A DNA stretch of 64,000 nucleotides from Octopus vulgaris (GCA_951406725.2 OX597823.1:59768001-59832000), one strand, 5' to 3'. Shown: positions 40,070 to 53,916, numbered from the stretch's first letter. Translations and numbers: made by a program. Notes: a model not told the origin generated them from the letters alone.

Positions 40070-40978
40070 TATATATATAATGTGTGCATTATGTGGTCGG
40101 TTGAGCTGAAAATATGCACACCTATGTTAAAAGTGCTGGCGAGTTTGCATGGCAACTATTTTTTTCCTCAAATGAAAGGCCTGACCTCTAGGACAAAATT
40201 CCTCATCTTATAAAATGTGGCCCGATTAGACCCGAATGAAATCGGGTTATATCAACCAAAATGTGAAAAGGGGTCTAAATGGGGCTGGAAGGGGATTGAA
40301 ATTTACAGGAGAGGGTGTTTAGGAATTCTCTGTTACATCAAGCTAAAAATTTGCGCCACCCTTTAAATCTTCAATGTGTTGCCGTCCATGATGAAGAAGA
40401 TTTGAATGCTTGTCATGGTGAGTCTACTGTCGTGAGAAAGAATCACTTAAAAACTTGGTGTTTAGGAATTTTCTTTTACATCAAGTTCAAAATTTTACGC
40501 CAGCCGTTAAACTGCCACTACGTTGCTGTCCGTCGTTAAGAAATGCCAGCCATGGTGACTCTACTATTCTCAGATTCTATCCCTTCAAACTTTGGTTTCC
40601 AATATTTTTTTATTTTTATTCAGCTCACAAGTTCGTCTGTCCCTTTTAAATGTTAGTGTTTTGCTGTCTGCCTTGAAGCAGACCTTTCCATTGTCACTGC
40701 CTGATATTTATGATTGATCTTTCAAAATATTTTTCTTTCTCAACTTACTCAAGATCTTTTGTTGTTTATAAATGGGAGAGAGATAGATAGAGAAAGATAG
40801 AAAGTAAGAGAAAGCTAGGGAGAGTTCGAGAGAAAGGAAGAGTAAGAGAGTGGGGAAGTGAGAGAGAAAGGAGAGAGAAACAAAGAGGGAGAATGTGGTG
40901 ATAAAAAACAGAAAGGAAGCAACAGAAAGTAACAACCACACTCTTACCCGCGCATAGAGCGGGTCACCTTAAGTTAGT
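40070..40978 (+). mobile_element. Probable non-autonomous Helitron with internal tandem duplication
   Basis: Terminal hairpin ACCCGC-GCATAGA-GCGGGT (40946-40964) followed by TTAG-T; internal repeat 40314-40435 / 40457-40573; 5' end uncertain. Confidence 0.55.
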
Positions 40979-41246
40979 ATACATATATATATATATATAT
41001 TGCTGGACAAAATCTTAGGACCATTGAAAAAACTCCCAAAATTAAAATGAACTCCTTGCAGACAGATATATGCCCACATTCATATTTTCTGCATTAATTG
41101 TTAAACCTTTCTTTAGGCTTTCATATATCCTTTTCTATTTGCCATTTATAAATATATACTGAAAATAGTCGAATATATCGGTCTACAGGGAGTTCATTTC
41201 AGCAGTTTTTTCCCTGGTCTTAATATGTTGTTCAGTAGTGTGTATG

Positions 41247-41282
<36 letters not shown>

Positions 41283-41285
<3 letters not shown>

Positions 41286-41648
41286 TTTACTTGTTTCAGT
41301 CATTTGACTGTGGCCATGCTGGAGCACCGCCTTTTGTCGAGCAAATCGACCCCAGGACTTATTCTTTGTAAGCCTAGTACTTATTCTATCTGTCTCTTTT
41401 GCCGAACCGCTAAATTACGGGACGTAAACACACCAGCATTGGTTTTCAAGCGATGTTGGGGGGGGGGGGACACAGACACACAAACACACACACATATATA
41501 TACATATACATATATACGACGGGCCTCTTTCAGTTTCCATCTACCATATCCACTCACAAGGCTTCATTCGGTGCGAGGCTAGAGTAAAAGACACTTGCCC
41601 AAGGTGCCACGCAGTGGGACTGAACCCGGAACCATGTAGTTCGTAAGC
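41283..41648 (-). mobile_element. SINE family A, head truncated
   Basis: Matches 31195-31570. Confidence 0.9.
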
Positions 41649-42025
41649 TGAACCCTGGCAAAATACTTCACAAACTCTCTGTTAATACAAATGCACTAGG
41701 CTAACAAAATGCTTTTGGATTGGAATAGAACTCCACGTAATCCTAAAGCAAGATCCAAAGCTGAAGTCTGTCACTAGCTGATTTATTAAAATATTGGTTG
41801 CATTCTCCAGTTAAACTGGTATTTCTCACAGTGATACTCAAGTCCTAAATAAAGGGCTTTACATATTTCGTTATTTGTGCATCAAATAAACTGAATATAT
41901 CATTTTTCTTTTACTTTTATTTGTTTATCAGTTGACTGTGGCCATGCTGGCGTTTATTTGCTCAACTAAAGACAGTGCTCCAGCATGGCCGCAGTTAGAT
42001 GACTAAAACAAATAAAAGAATAAAA

Positions 42026-42097
<72 letters not shown>

Positions 42098-42099
42098 AT

Positions 42100-42418
<319 letters not shown>

Positions 42419-43000
42419 TTATATATATATAAACACTTATACAATTTAAAATAAATTTACTACATTGGATCATTTAGTCAGTTTTTAACTCAAACACCAT
42501 AAATATGTAAATAGACAAATTGTCTTTTCGACCACTTTGTATATAACATGAGTATAAATTGTCTCAAGCTAACCAACTCTGAATATCGATCTAACATTCT
42601 GGCTGCTTCATCCCCACCACCACTTCTTCAGAATAAATATAACTAAAGAATAATACTCTCTGAAAAATATATCATATTGTATTAACTAATCGGAATGAAA
42701 GAAAATCATTTTTATTCATACTTTGACCTGCATGTATTATCATAGTAATAAGACTTACCAAAGCATTTTTCAGTATAACCATTGTTATATCTTTTCACCT
42801 GTAAGAACAACGAATTGGTTTTTATTAAATATTAATATTTCATTTGGAAGTTCTCCTTTATTTATATGTAACAAATAATAATACATAGCTTATATTTTGC
42901 TGAGATCAGTTGAGTGCATATTCATTTTGGTGAGGAGTGAATTAGATTTGTCAAGAGAAGACAGAGAGCATGCAAACAACATATGCCAAAAGAACAATAC

Positions 43001-43040
<40 letters not shown>

Positions 43041-43339
43041 TATAATATATAAATATATAATATAATATAAAGAAGTGGAAAAACAAAAAGAAGACAAATG
43101 CATTGCAAAAAAAAAAACCCCTAGAAATATCTCCTCCTAATGAAAATAACAGAGATTATTCAACCACAGAAGTCTAACAAAAGAATTTTCTGGTAGAAAA
43201 TTTATTTCATGATTGATTATCCATCGATATCCATGCTATCACTTTTACCCTGGAGCAAGATCAAAAGACATTGCCAAACAATACATAATAGGAAAAAAAT
43301 AAATAAATAACAAATACATTACAAAACAAACGAAATACT

Positions 43340-43372
43340 AATACTAATAATAACAACAACAACAACAACAAC

Positions 43373-43431
<59 letters not shown>

Positions 43432-43484
43432 TGATGATGATATTAACACTAATAATAACAATAACAACAATAATGATAATGATG

Positions 43485-43551
<67 letters not shown>

Positions 43552-43565
43552 TAATAATAACAATA
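43340..43565. repeat. (AAT)n/(AAC)n/(GAT)n microsatellite
   Basis: Visible directly. Confidence 0.95.
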
Positions 43566-44111
43566 GTAAACAAAGCAAATGAAGTTTTTTAACAGAATAA
43601 CTCAATCAAGTTATCAGAGAAAATGTCGGGTCATTCTAAAATATATTTATTCACTTAGTCATGTCTGGTGGCAAAACAACTCTAAAAGCTTCCGGCAAGC
43701 AAAGTATCATTGAGTCGTAACCTTTTATGAATAGATATAATTTTCAGTTCACAGGACACTTTATTTTGTTGTCTGTCTTGTAGCTATCTGGGTAACTCTT
43801 TGTCTGATAGACGGTTGTTATAAAATATTAGATGAAATTCTACCTCATTTAGCAATATTTATCAATTTACTTCTCAATGTAAACTTTCTACTTAGTAGGT
43901 TCAAGGCGTAAAAATGTGATAGGTTGTCAAATGGAAAGATACCTTGCTCAATTTGTTTTCGTGTGGTAATAGATTGAGAGATGTTTTTGAATGCCAGACA
44001 AGTTAAATTATAGTCCCAGAAAATTAGGAACTTCCAGTAATAGAAGAGTTTTTATATAAAAAACCAATAGAATTTAAAAAAGCATAGGTGTATGTATATA
44101 TATTTGTGAAC

Positions 44112-44177
<66 letters not shown>

Positions 44178-44282
44178 GGATATATACATATATATATACA
44201 CACATATATATATACATATAGATATATGTATATATATATATGTGTATATACATATGTATATATATATGTATATATATGTATA

Positions 44283-44346
<64 letters not shown>

Positions 44347-45340
44347 GATATAGATATAGATAAATATTTATATATATAAATATATATATATCAGAGAGAG
44401 ACATAATAAATAACCAAATAAAAATTAAATGTAGCTGAAATGTTTTAAATAGTAAATCTTAAATATAGATTATTTAAGAAATGTATTGTTATAGAGTTTT
44501 CTTTAACATTATTTTGTTTGATTTCTTTCTCAAAAAACACGAAGATAGAATGTGAACAAAATTTCATAATTCTAGGCTATACATAACAATATTTCTATTT
44601 TTTAACTACTTCAATCTATGTTTTAAATTTTAAAAAAATGTAATAAGATGTAGTTATTTAATTGTCATTGTTAAAGAATGAAACCAGATACCAGTTTATC
44701 AGCTGCTGCTTGCAGATGTTGTAAGATAAATATTAATGATGCAATGAAGAATTCATAGTGGTTTAGTGTTCATAGACTTCAACAACCAAACGGTTCCTGG
44801 TTTCGTTTTACCTTTACTGAAATTTAGGTACTTTTGCATAGATAAGGCATGTACTATAACTTCTTAAAGGATCACATGAAACCCATGTAAGTATCATTGT
44901 TATTTGATCTGTTACTTTGCAGATCTTCTTGCTATTGCACAAGTGATACTTATCGATTAATCAAAGTCAATGTCGTTTGGAAATTATTTCTTCAGAATTT
45001 ATAGGAAAAACTGGAGCTGGAAAATGGATCAAAGAATTATGGACCTTTCATCAATTGATCACTTATTCATTCACATTGTATCACTGACATTTGTCTGGTA
45101 CTTTGATTCTAACTAAGGTACATAATCTTTTGATGTGCTTGTATACATACATGACTGAAAATTGGTTTCGTGTGTAGACAGAGTTAAAAATTATGAGACA
45201 AAGGAGTATTGTAAAAGGGCAAGAAGACAATGAGAAATATATTCTGTGCATATACAAACATACACTCTCATTATTTATGAATGAGCATGAGATACATCAT
45301 ATATTTGTGCATATTATTTCCTTATTATCAAAGAGCTTTT

Positions 45341-45378
<38 letters not shown>

Positions 45379-45819
45379 ATAGCACATAAAAGAATACAAA
45401 CATGTATTAGCACTTTTATTATTATCATCATCATCATCATCATTATTATTATTATTATTAATATTATCATCATCATAATTATTAATAATGATGTTATTGT
45501 TATTATCATTATTTACTTTTAATCTTTGTGCTTGTTACAATCACTCGCTGAGACACAGCCAGTGTTTTAGGCTGAGATGTCACAGTATGATTAAAAGCTT
45601 GGGGTGAGCAAGTGGCAGGGGCAATAGTAAAATGTCTTCATGTAATACAACACATACATTTAAGTCGCATTTACGGGGGAAGTCTCTGGTCTTATAGACC
45701 ATGCTCATGAGTGTTGACTTGTTTTCTATAGGTGGATGTTCTTCCAACTTTTTAACAGAGGGATGATAATATATTAGAAATAAGAGTGTTGTAGTTTGCT
45801 TGAAGCATTGTAGTATAGA

Positions 45820-46370
45820 ATTAGAATAATAGATGAAATAAGAAAACAAGAAAGATTCTAACAATGCAGAAGTTTTAAAAAGAACATGATATTTCAGGTG
45901 CAAAGGCTTATCTTTGGAAGAATACTGTCGATGATATGTATGTTTACATAGATCCTGCCACGTTGGATAGCCAGATGGGAAGTGACCCAGTTTTAGCCCG
46001 GTTTTTGTGCTAGTAACAACAGTTCCCCAAGTGTTGGTATTGTTGGTGCAGTAGAGGTCGCATTGGGGATGGTGGTGCTTGGAACAGTGGTGGAAGTCTG
46101 GCTGTAGGTCCCCAGCACCACCATCCCCAATGTGACCCTCATTGTACCAACAACTCCAGGATTTGGAAAGCTGCATTTACTTGTGCAAGAAGTGGATTAA
46201 AACGGGTCACTTCCTATTCAGCTATCCTGAATGGCAGGAGCTATGTAAACATGCATTTCTTTGACTGTATTCTTCTGAAAATAAGCCTTTGTGCCTGAAA
46301 TATAAAAGTTTTATTTAAATTTCTGCATTGTAAGAATCTTTCCTTATTTCTTGTATCATTCATTATTGTA
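45820..46370. mobile_element. MITE-like element with about 175 bp degenerate inverted arms
   Basis: ATATTTCAGGTGCAAAGGCTTAT..GGAAGTGACCC is the reverse complement of GGGTCACTTCC..ATAAGCCTTTGTGCCTGAAATAT; match extends through ACAATGCAGAA/TTCTGCATTGT. Confidence 0.8.
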
Positions 46371-46614
46371 TTAGAAATATATTTTAAATACATAAATCAA
46401 TAAATATTTCAGAAAAAAAAACAAGTTATATTTTGTTGAGAATGCTTTTGAATCAAATAATACTTCATAGATTTTTATTGCATTTCCACAGGGAGGAAGC
46501 AATATATACTTACACTTACAAGAGCAGTGCCTGAAGCATAGAGATGTGTTAGACCACTTTTGGCAATATATTCAAAATAGGGTCTCTAGTAATGTGTGAT
46601 GAAAGTGTTGATAA

Positions 46615-47044
46615 TCTTTTCTACTCTAGGCACAAAACTCGAAATTTTGGGGTAGGTGGCCAGTGGATTAGATCGACCTTGGTACACAAATGGTACTTAA
46701 TTTATCAACACCAAAAGGATGAAAGGCAAAGTTAACCTTCGTGGAATTTGAACTCAGAACATAAAGACAGGCGAAATACTGCTAAGCATTTCACCCGGCA
46801 TGCTAACGTTTCTGCTAGCTCACCACCTTAAAAAATATTCTTTTCTACTCTAGGCACAAGGCCCGAAATTTTGGAGGAGGTAGCCAGTCGATTAGATTGA
46901 CCCTAGTACACAACTACTGCTTAATTTATCGACCCTGAAAAAATGAAATGCAGAGTCAATCTCAGCAGAATTTGAACTCAGAATGTAAAAACAGACTAAG
47001 CATTTCGCCAGGCATGCTAACATTTCTGCCAGCTTGCCACCTTA
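46615..47044 (-). mobile_element. Tandem dimer of SINE family B (46615-46829, 46836-47044)
   Basis: Each unit runs TCTTTTCTACTCTAGGCACAA..GAATTTGAACTCAGAA..CCACCTT on the plus strand. Confidence 0.88.
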
Positions 47045-47320
47045 ACCAGAGGGTTAATAATGTCATACAACTGAAGGAATGGAATAAGACAACTCAGAAG
47101 GAGTGATGCCACCATTTAACTGAAACATTTCCTTCTAGGTAGTATTCAGCTTATGAATGTTTGTAATGTAGAAAGGGGGTTCTCAGAGTCCAAAGAATAG
47201 GGGAGCAAATATACATTTGGCACAAACCATTTAAATTAACAAGCATAATAATCCTAAAGAAATGTTACTCCACTTCACACCTGCATCTGCAGGAAAAGGT
47301 TGACTACTCCTCTTCTTTTG

Positions 47321-47356
<36 letters not shown>

Positions 47357-47659
47357 CTATTCTCCTAGTAAATGTCAACTTGTTATAAAATCTATATTTC
47401 ACATATTGCCACAAGTATATGACCCATCCTTTGGGTAGTAATAGAGAGTTTTGGGTGTAAGTTAGCCAAGAGAATCTCTAAGTAGTTACTCAGCCTGCTA
47501 GACATTAGCAGACAAAATCTCCCTTAACCATATACTCCCATCTTAAAGTGGGCTTGACACATTAGACAACATTGTGCTATATACAATTGAAAATGGGATG
47601 ATCATACTTGGTATACCTTTAAACATGAAGTTTTCTTAAGGCTAAATAACAACAATCAT

Positions 47660-47850
47660 ACTGTTCTCTATTTTAGAGATGAGGAATTCTGTACATTATT
47701 TACATTATTTACATTGGACAGATATGTGTCCTTATCTTGCTTGTTGTTACCACAATGTTTCTGCTGATTTACTCTTCAGCCTTCATCAGGTGTCCTGGTG
47801 GAATTTTGAACCCAACCCTGAGTTCTCATTCCTAAGGTATTTTTTCTAAT
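47660..47850 (-). mobile_element. Hammerhead-bearing element, second locus (motif at 47751-47793)
   Basis: Minus strand ACAC-CTGATGA-AGGCTGAAGAGTAAATCAGCA-GAAAC-ATT-GTG; tail matches 2690-2770. Confidence 0.8.
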
Positions 47851-47970
47851 GTTATTATTATTATTATGTTTTTTCCTTCTTTCTTCAAATTTTCTTGTTT
47901 CTCGCCGAGTGTTTTCCATACACCTATTCACCTATTTCTCCATATTATTATTATTATTATTATTATTATT

Positions 47971-48524
47971 GAGTGAGAGAGCAGTTCATGCCATCAAAGT
48001 GACACTGGGGTAAAATATATGAAGCCCAATATACCCATCATGACTACCCGTCTGATAAGGGTACACCAGGCACATGCATCACAACCATATGTGCACGACA
48101 TGGTGATCTCATATCAACATAAACAGCACATGACCTTGCAGGTGAGGCCCAGTTAGAATTTTCTTCAGGTTGAGTAGCCCATCCCACTCAAAAGGTCCCT
48201 GAATAAGGGTTGTTTAAGGATGTTGAAAGAACCACCCATGTTTCCAGAGGTGAATTATTCAAACCGCAAAGAATCCCTCTCAACACATGGCTATGATGCA
48301 CCCCACTACTTCTGCTCGTGATCAGAGATGCAAATATCGTAAGCCACTAAGGGACATGCTCAACTGGTTATGGTCAAACAACTGACAAGCAAATCTGTGG
48401 TATTGAGCAGAATATTTGCTGTAGCCCATCTTTTATACCAAGACAAAACAATGTACATGATAACACTTCCAATCAGTTAAGATCAGAAGCCATGAGAGCC
48501 ACTGCCTGGTACTGCATCAGGGCA
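47971..48524 (-). mobile_element. About 550 bp non-coding repeat inserted in a TAA array
   Basis: (TTA)n on both sides; 47971-48300 is the reverse complement of 63022-63341, which is also followed by (AAT)n. Confidence 0.8.
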
Positions 48525-48528
48525 GTTG

Positions 48529-48577
<49 letters not shown>

Positions 48578-49414
48578 CATTATTATTATTATTATCATTA
48601 TTGTTATTAACCACAATCATTGATGCTTTTTCTATTAACAAAAAACAACAATGATTCCTATAGTATATGAACACAGAAGGTAGAAAGTCAACATCACTAA
48701 ATGTCGATTTATAACATAGGCATATTTCATTTGTAAGACGGTTAAAGAAGCTTACAGTCAATTATATTGGCCTAATACTTGCCAAGTACTTTATATCACC
48801 AACCCTTGAGGGAGAAAATACAAGTTTGGATCTATCAGAATGTAATATACTGTAACTAAATACTGCAAACCATTTTCTCCAATGCAATATGAATTCTGCC
48901 AATACACTGTACTATTCATAGCACTGTGATGTACTTGGCCTGCATCTAGAAAAACAGCATTAGAATATCTGCAGAGATATTTTTGTATAACTTAACCATT
49001 CTCCAAAATATTTTTTGCATCACATAATAAAATAAAATTTTACATGATTCTTTAGTTATATTTTAATTACTGTGTTTAGTAATTGCATTATGACATGAAA
49101 TTAATTATCTACATCTAGTTATAATAAACTTTTATTTCACTAGGCATACAACAATTTTAAATGTAGACTTTACTGATGTCTATATGAAATTTCAGACAAT
49201 ATCCAAGATTGGTATTTGGAAATTGTTTGTTCTTAAATCAAATAATGAAAAAAAAAGTTTCTCTTTATCAATTTACTAAAATACTAAGTTTTTTTAGTCT
49301 GTTCCATAAAAAGTATTTACTTCTATGTTATTTATAGTTAAAAATAAATAGTAGTGTTTATATTAATGTGTGTATGTGTATGTATATATATATATGCACA
49401 CACATACATGTCAT

Positions 49415-49453
<39 letters not shown>

Positions 49454-49506
49454 TATATACACATATATATATATACATACATATATATATACATATATAT
49501 ATACAT

Positions 49507-49579
<73 letters not shown>

Positions 49580-49879
49580 TATATATATATTACACACACA
49601 TGAGAAGTACTTCTCTTACATCATAAAGAATAAGGAAGGACATGAAAGACAAGTGCAAAAATATTCTAAGTTAATAAATGTTCATAAGAATGGTCTCATA
49701 ACATAGGTAAGTGACCAAATACTTTTTCAAATTTATCATGTGAAATTCATAAATTTTTACCTGCTGATTTAAAAAATTACAAAGAAATCCTACCATGTAC
49801 TGTTTTTTTCACAAAATCAGTCATAGCATTTTAACCATCATGCCTAAATTTGACTATTGTCTTTTATCATTACTAATAT

Positions 49880-50195
49880 CTATCTACCTAGGTCTTCTCT
49901 CAGGACACCACAATACTGTTTCCACACATTTTCCCCACTCATCTCGATATTCCTTAATGGTCTTCAGCTCAAGTATCCCTTCCATGCCAGTATCCTCCAG
50001 CAAGTTGTTGATATAGGTCATCTTCCTCCTTCCTCTCCTGGTTCTCCCTTCTGTTCATTGCCAGAGCACTAGCTTGTTAGCAATTTCATCGGTATGTCTG
50101 ATGCAGTGTCCAGCTAGCCTCATCCTTCTATGCTGTTTCTTCAATATTACTTTTGGTAGTCCTTGGTATAAGTCGGCATTTGTTCTATGACTCTT
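49880..50195 (-). mobile_element. RTE/RTEX-like LINE C-terminal fragment
   Basis: HRTNADLYQGLPKV..RRMRLAGHCIRHTDEIANKLVLWQ..GRTRRG. Confidence 0.75.
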
Positions 50196-50629
50196 CAATA
50201 TATAACAGTATAACTAATTGGTGTAATTTTGAAACATCAGCATCTGGCAGCATTTAGACCACTTCAGCTACACAAGGAGGAGCATGCACCATTGTAGCTT
50301 CAGTTACCCACAACCAGTGAGGAATGAAAGGTGAGCTTTTCAAGGTCACATTGCTTAAGTTAAAACATATCTTATTTTCTTTTAATTTCAGTCTATTTCC
50401 TCATACCTCTTTTTAGTGTATATACATTACTTACATTGTTTTATTGTATCATATGTTACATTTCAAGGTGTCTTCAATGATATTATCAAATATTTGCAGT
50501 TAAATAACGTCCCTTTTCCCCCTTATCTTACAGATCACACATCATTCCAAGCAAAAATGCCTTCTAGATGTGCAGCAAGCCTACATAACTTTCACTACAT
50601 TTCTGGTGAGATTCTGACTAAAAAACGCC

Positions 50630-50822
50630 AGAGAGACAGCAGAAGCATCAGCATGCCAGATAAAATGCTTAGTGAAATTTCTTCAGTTTTGGCATTCTGA
50701 GTTCAGAATCTGCCAAGGTTTAGTTTGCCTTTCATTATTCAGAGTTAATAAAATAAGTACCAGTTAAGCACTGGTGTCAATGGAATCAACTTACCCTTTC
50801 CCCACAAATAGTAGAAAGGATT
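50630..50822 (+). mobile_element. SINE family B, degenerate
   Basis: AAATGCTTAG..TTCTGAGTTCA..TTTGCCTTTCAT..AAATAAGTACCAGT. Confidence 0.7.
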
Positions 50823-50870
50823 ATAGTTATCATTATTATCATCATTATTATTATTATTATTATTATTATT

Positions 50871-51954
50871 CAGTAGTTTTATTTTTATAGCGTGCTTTCA
50901 CTTCACTACCGAGCGCAGCTCTGTGTGCCTTGGGTATGTGCTGTGATTTGTTGTGATGCTCTGATGGTTATTGTATGGAAAGTGTTCTGCGTAGGATGTG
51001 TGCAGTGCCTAGTAGTGCAATTTTCTGTATGTTATATGTGTTTGTAAGTCCTGGTGTTTTTGTTATGTATTTGTCTGAATATTTTTTTATCATGCCTAAT
51101 GCACCTACTATGATAGGAATTGTTTCTGTTTTCAGGTTCCACATTCGAGTTACCTCTATTTCCAGGTCTTTGTATTTTGAGAGTTTCTCCATTTCTTTTA
51201 GAGACACGTTGTCATCTGCCGGTATTGATACATCAATTAGAAAGCATTTTTTTTCTTCATGATCTCTGACAACTATATCTGGTCTGTTGGCCTTAATTTC
51301 TCTATCTGTGTGTATCGGCATATCCCAGAGTATGGTTGCTTTCTCGTTTTCTGTGACCTTTTCTGGTGTGTGCCTATACCATCTTTTTTCTGTTGTTATT
51401 CCATAATGTTGGCATAGCTTCCAATGTATGTAGGTTCCAACTCTGTCATGTCTGTGAATATATTCCTTCTTAGCCAGGACTGGGCAGCTAGAGATAATAT
51501 GATTTATTGTTTCTTGTCCATCTCCACATATTCTGCAGTTACTTGTAATATTTCTTTTCATTACATGTTTTTGGTAATTTCTGGTGGGGAGGCTTTGGTC
51601 TTGTGCTGCAATTAAAAATCCCTCTGTTTCTGCTTTGAGTCCTGAGCTTCTCAACCATTGCTGGGATTTTTCTTTGTCTATTTCTTTTGCATTTAGTTTA
51701 GTGCAGTATTTACCATGAAGGGGATTTTCTTGCCATCGTTTTATCATGGCTCGTTGCTGTTCTATTTTTAGTTTGGATTTCATTTGTTTTATAGCTTTTG
51801 TTGTTTCTTCATCATCTTCTTCTTCTTCTTTGTGTTTATTAGGTGGTATGATTTCTTGTTTGTATTTGTCAGCTTCCTTAAATACTGAGAACAGTTTTTT
51901 GTTTTGCTCGTGTTTTGCTGCTATCTGGATCAGTTTTCCTTCCTTCTGAAGTAG

Positions 51955-51956
<2 letters not shown>
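50871..51956 (-). mobile_element. Young 5'-truncated Dong/R4-like retrotransposon between TAA arrays
   Basis: Open frame from the truncation point to the stop at 50968, short 3' UTR, (AAT)n on both sides. Confidence 0.92.
50968..51783 (-). CDS. CCHC zinc knuckle and PD-(D/E)xK restriction-like endonuclease (ORF remnant)
   Basis: LKAETEGFLIAAQDQ, CRICG..ETINHIISSC, YIHRHD, NRPDIVV..LIDVSIP..EKLSKY, PIIVGALG, IQKIALLGT. Confidence 0.9.
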   Translation of the reverse strand: MKSKLKIEQQRAMIKRWQENPLHGKYCTKLNAKEIDKEKSQQWLRSSGLKAETEGFLIAAQDQSLPTRNYQKHVMKRNITSNCRICGDGQETINHIISSCPVLAKKEYIHRHDRVGTYIHWKLCQHYGITTEKRWYRHTPEKVTENEKATILWDMPIHTDREIKANRPDIVVRDHEEKKCFLIDVSIPADDNVSLKEMEKLSKYKDLEIEVTRMWNLKTETIPIIVGALGMIKKYSDKYITKTPGLTNTYNIQKIALLGTAHILRRTLSIQ

Positions 51957-52002
<46 letters not shown>

Positions 52003-52052
52003 TCATCATTATTATTATTATTATCATCTTCATTATTATTATTGTTGTTGTT

Positions 52053-53876
52053 ACCTTTGCACAGCTTCTAACACTGGAGATGTACTACAGTGTCAGCTGT
52101 TCACTACTAGTGAACTAAGGTATCACCTCTTATTTTTCAAGCACCTTCTGGAGTATTTGAGCAGTTCCAAGCAGTGCTGTTTTCTGCAAGTGCTCCACCC
52201 TTATTGCAGCCCCTATTTGTTCCACGTACTGCTCGAGATTTTCACTCACTACCCAAGCTAACCTGTCATATCTCTCGACCTTTTTTCTTCCTTATTGCAT
52301 ACCTTGTTGTCAGCTGGGTATGCTATATCTATGATCCAGCATAGTATGGTTTCTTTCTCAATTAAGACCATGTCTGGATTCCTATTCTCAATCTCATGGT
52401 CGCACTGAATCATAAAATCCCATAGGATCTTTGCATTTCTATTTTTGACAATGCCTTCAGTTTTGTGATCATACCAATTTTTTGCTCCATCAAGTCCATA
52501 CTTGTTGCAAAGTATCCAATGGACAAGCCTGGCTATATTGTCATGGCATCTCTTATATTCCTTCTGGGCTAGTGGCGTACATTGGCTGGTAATATGCCAT
52601 ATGGTTTCACCGTTTTGTCCACAGATTCTGCACTTATCACTTTCTGATGTGTTGTCTACTCTGTATTTTATGTAGTTTGTTCTTAGCGCTTGCTCTTGGG
52701 CAGTACAGATTAGAGCCCTTGTTTCTGGTTTTAAATCACCTTTAGTCATCCACAGCCATCTTTTTTCTCTGACTGTCTTATCTTCAACATCCCTATGAAA
52801 TTGACCATGCATTCTTTTCTTTACACACCTATTTTCAGTTTCATTCATTTTCAATTGCTTGTATAGTGCTTTATCTTTGCAATCTTTCATCCTACACAAG
52901 CCTGACCTTCCTACTTCTAATATTAGTGGCCCTGGCATTTTTTACATACCATGCTATGTTGTTTTTTTCTGCTCTAATGCTGTGTTTGCATCCAATAAAT
53001 CCCCTTCCCCCTTTTTCTTGGTACATACATTCTGTCTGTGTCACTTTTTGGGTAGAGTGACCCATATCTAGTTAGCATATTCCTTGTCTCTCTGTCTAAG
53101 CCGCTTAGTTCGTCTACTGTCCATGTAATTACCCCTGCTTAAATCGCTCCTTTTCTAAGGTATAAAACCGCCCAGGTGTTGATAGCTTTGATCTTATTCC
53201 GTTCGTTTAAGTTAGACTTAAGGATCAGTTTCAGTCTGCACAAGTACTCCACCTTAAATTTCTCTGTCGTTTCTTCCTTCATGAATTTATCCATTTCCAA
53301 AATCCCCAAGTAATTATAGCCCGTCTCTTCTATCTGCTTCATAACCTCCCCCAACAGTATCGTTAGTCCGTCAATACATTTGATTTTGCCTCTCTTCAAT
53401 ACTAACACACCATACTTTCTCAGTCCGAACTCCATTCTGATATCAGCACTGAAGGTATACATTTTTTTGCTGATTTCCTTCACTTCCCTAACTGAAATGA
53501 CTAGTTCTGCCTGTTTGGACAGACTACTGTTTGTTTCAGTTCTTGCTACCATTCAGCGTCCTTCTTGTGCCTCCTGTCTTTGCTCCAGATGTCACTCCAA
53601 AACCTTTGACTTTCAATGTTATCTAGTATCAAGTTTTCATCGGTATATCCTCCATTTATTTCTTTATAGAATCTCTTCTGATCTACTCTAAATAACCTAT
53701 TCTTGTGGTAACTCTTCATTCTTTGGTCATATCTGACCATCTTTGCTTTCTTTGCAATGAGGCACTGTTTCAGCTCCTCCACTACTAATTTCAGGCCCTT
53801 TCTTTCAATATTATACTTCCTTTTCAGCGCCCTGTATTTTTGTTTGCTTTTAAGCTCCCCTTCCTCTAGATTTTCT
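52053..53876 (-). mobile_element. Older Dong/R4-like retrotransposon, frameshifted and internally deleted
   Basis: NRLFRVDQKRFY, FSADIRMEFGLRK, YNYLGILE, KIKAINTWAV, LKPETRALICTAQEQAL, CRICG..WHITSQC, NPDMVLI..IIDIAYP. Confidence 0.9.
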
Positions 53877-53881
53877 TATCA

Positions 53882-53916
<35 letters not shown>

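Noticed and set aside
44887-44922. GTAAGT..TTTGCAG mini-intron
   Set aside because: Only 36 nt long and the flanking frames contain stops.
45580-46176. 198 aa minus-strand ORF
   Set aside because: Runs across an inverted-repeat arm and has no recognisable domain.
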